Of a stretch of DNA of 64,000 bases, positions 63,065 to 64,000 are shown piece after piece. The notes below the pieces were generated by a model that was given only the letters and a program-made list of their open reading frames with translations, ran no database searches and was not told the DNA's origin. Numbering within the stretch: the stretch's first letter is position 1; the number at the start of each line of letters is the position of its first letter. Source of the stretch: Candidatus Multivoradales bacterium (GTDB lineage: Bacteria; Acidobacteriota; Thermoanaerobaculia; Multivoradales; JAHEKO01); assembly GCA_965223155.1 (NCBI GenBank), contig CBDCVR010000015.1:896001-960000 (forward strand), in the 5' to 3' direction. Made by a program: the position numbers and the translations under genes.

Positions 63065-63552
63065 GTCCAACATCACGAAAGCGGCACCTCGTTCCCCTGA
63101 TTGGCGCGGTCACACTTCTCGTGATTCTTGTGGTCATCGGGTGGACAAGCTCCGCTTCGAAGGCCTATCTCAGCGCCATTCCGGTGCCTCCAAATGCGCA
63201 CTCTGTTTCTGAGATGTCTGGGCTTCTAGGCCTGCGGAGAACCATCTCGTTCGAACTAGACGAAGAATATCCCTCCAACACAGCGAGAACCTTCTATAGC
63301 AATTGGGCGGCTCGGGCCGGTTGGCGAGTAGTTCCCGAAAGCGAAGATGCTTGGAGTACGGATCGTTGGCAGTCTTTCGTAGACGCGTCAGGCCAACGCG
63401 AAGCCTCTGTTGACCAATGGCTCGTTCGTTGGATAAGCACCGATGGAAGATGGGATCTTAGACTAGCCTTGCGTTACGAACGTCCACTAACACAGAGAAC
63501 GAGACCAATACGACAAACGGCCTATTTGGCAGCTTCCAGAATCGGAATATGA
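63061..63552 (+). CDS. Putative immunity protein for the orphan tip (N-terminal membrane anchor/signal)
   Basis: ATGA overlap with the cassette stop, lower GC, one N-terminal hydrophobic helix followed by an IPVPPNA...GW soluble domain. Confidence 0.7.
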   Translation: MSPTSRKRHLVPLIGAVTLLVILVVIGWTSSASKAYLSAIPVPPNAHSVSEMSGLLGLRRTISFELDEEYPSNTARTFYSNWAARAGWRVVPESEDAWSTDRWQSFVDASGQREASVDQWLVRWISTDGRWDLRLALRYERPLTQRTRPIRQTAYLAASRIGI

Positions 63553-64000
63553 CGATTGCCGAGGTCGGCGTTGATAGCACCTTGACCCTGACTTGGGCCT
63601 GTACCGGAAACTAGCTAGACCGCGTGACCTCCGTCATCCAGAAGGGCGCGACCGCCGCCGAAGACCTCGTCACCGAGAACCGCTACAACGCCTTCGGGGA
63701 CCTCGCCCGCACCATCCTCCCCGAAGGCAACGCCATCGAGTACGCCTACGACTCCGCCGGACGCCTGACCTCGATCGGGCGCGGCCCCGCCCCCGGGGCC
63801 CTTCTCGAAAGAACCCTCTACGAGCTCGACGCCGCCGGCAACCGCACCCGCGAGACGCTTCAATCCTTCGACGGCTCGGCCTGGGTCACCACCTCCGAGA
63901 CCGCCTACCTCTACGACTCCCGATGCCAGCTCGACCGGATCGTCCGCGCCCCCGGAACCCCCCAAGAGGCCGTCACCGAGTACCGCTACGACTGCAACGG
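63552..64000 (+). pseudogene. Start of a further orphan RHS cassette (partial, runs off the window)
   Basis: 63552-63606 is a decayed copy of 55237-55291; in-frame TAG at 63612; 63618-64000 is a near-identical copy of 56269-56651 (offset 7349). Confidence 0.85.

Overview
High-GC bacterial genomic window; lipoproteins and periplasmic enzymes suggest a diderm, possibly Acidobacteriota-like (inference only). 1-21.6 kb: housekeeping and scavenging genes (partial FolK-FolP fusion missed by the ORF track, NCS1 permease, aquaporin, GGT, amidohydrolases, penicillin acylase, MFS, MBL hydrolase). 21.7-28.7 kb: three Thr-type sulfatase-like lipoproteins plus a sulfotransferase. 29.9-37.0 kb: archaeal-type DNA topoisomerase VI A and B genes split by an opposite-strand MFS/oxidase/Fic block. 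39.2-53.8 kb: one ~4,900-aa Calx-beta/DUF11/vWA surface protein broken by a 1-nt homopolymer frameshift. 54.0-64.0 kb: a divergent signal-peptide-bearing RHS polymorphic toxin with immunity gene and at least two orphan cassettes, interrupted by an IS1111-type IS110-family element. The strongest signal is in the IS right end: a predicted stem/internal-loop RNA whose two loop strands match the two halves of the element's own insertion site, i.e. a bridge/seek-RNA-guided recombinase with a readable guide and target. That class is known; this instance is read directly from the sequence. Several genes show -10 hexamers 6-7 nt before the start codon (leaderless mRNAs). No CRISPR array, rRNA or tRNA was seen. 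All calls come from motif reading, not database searches.
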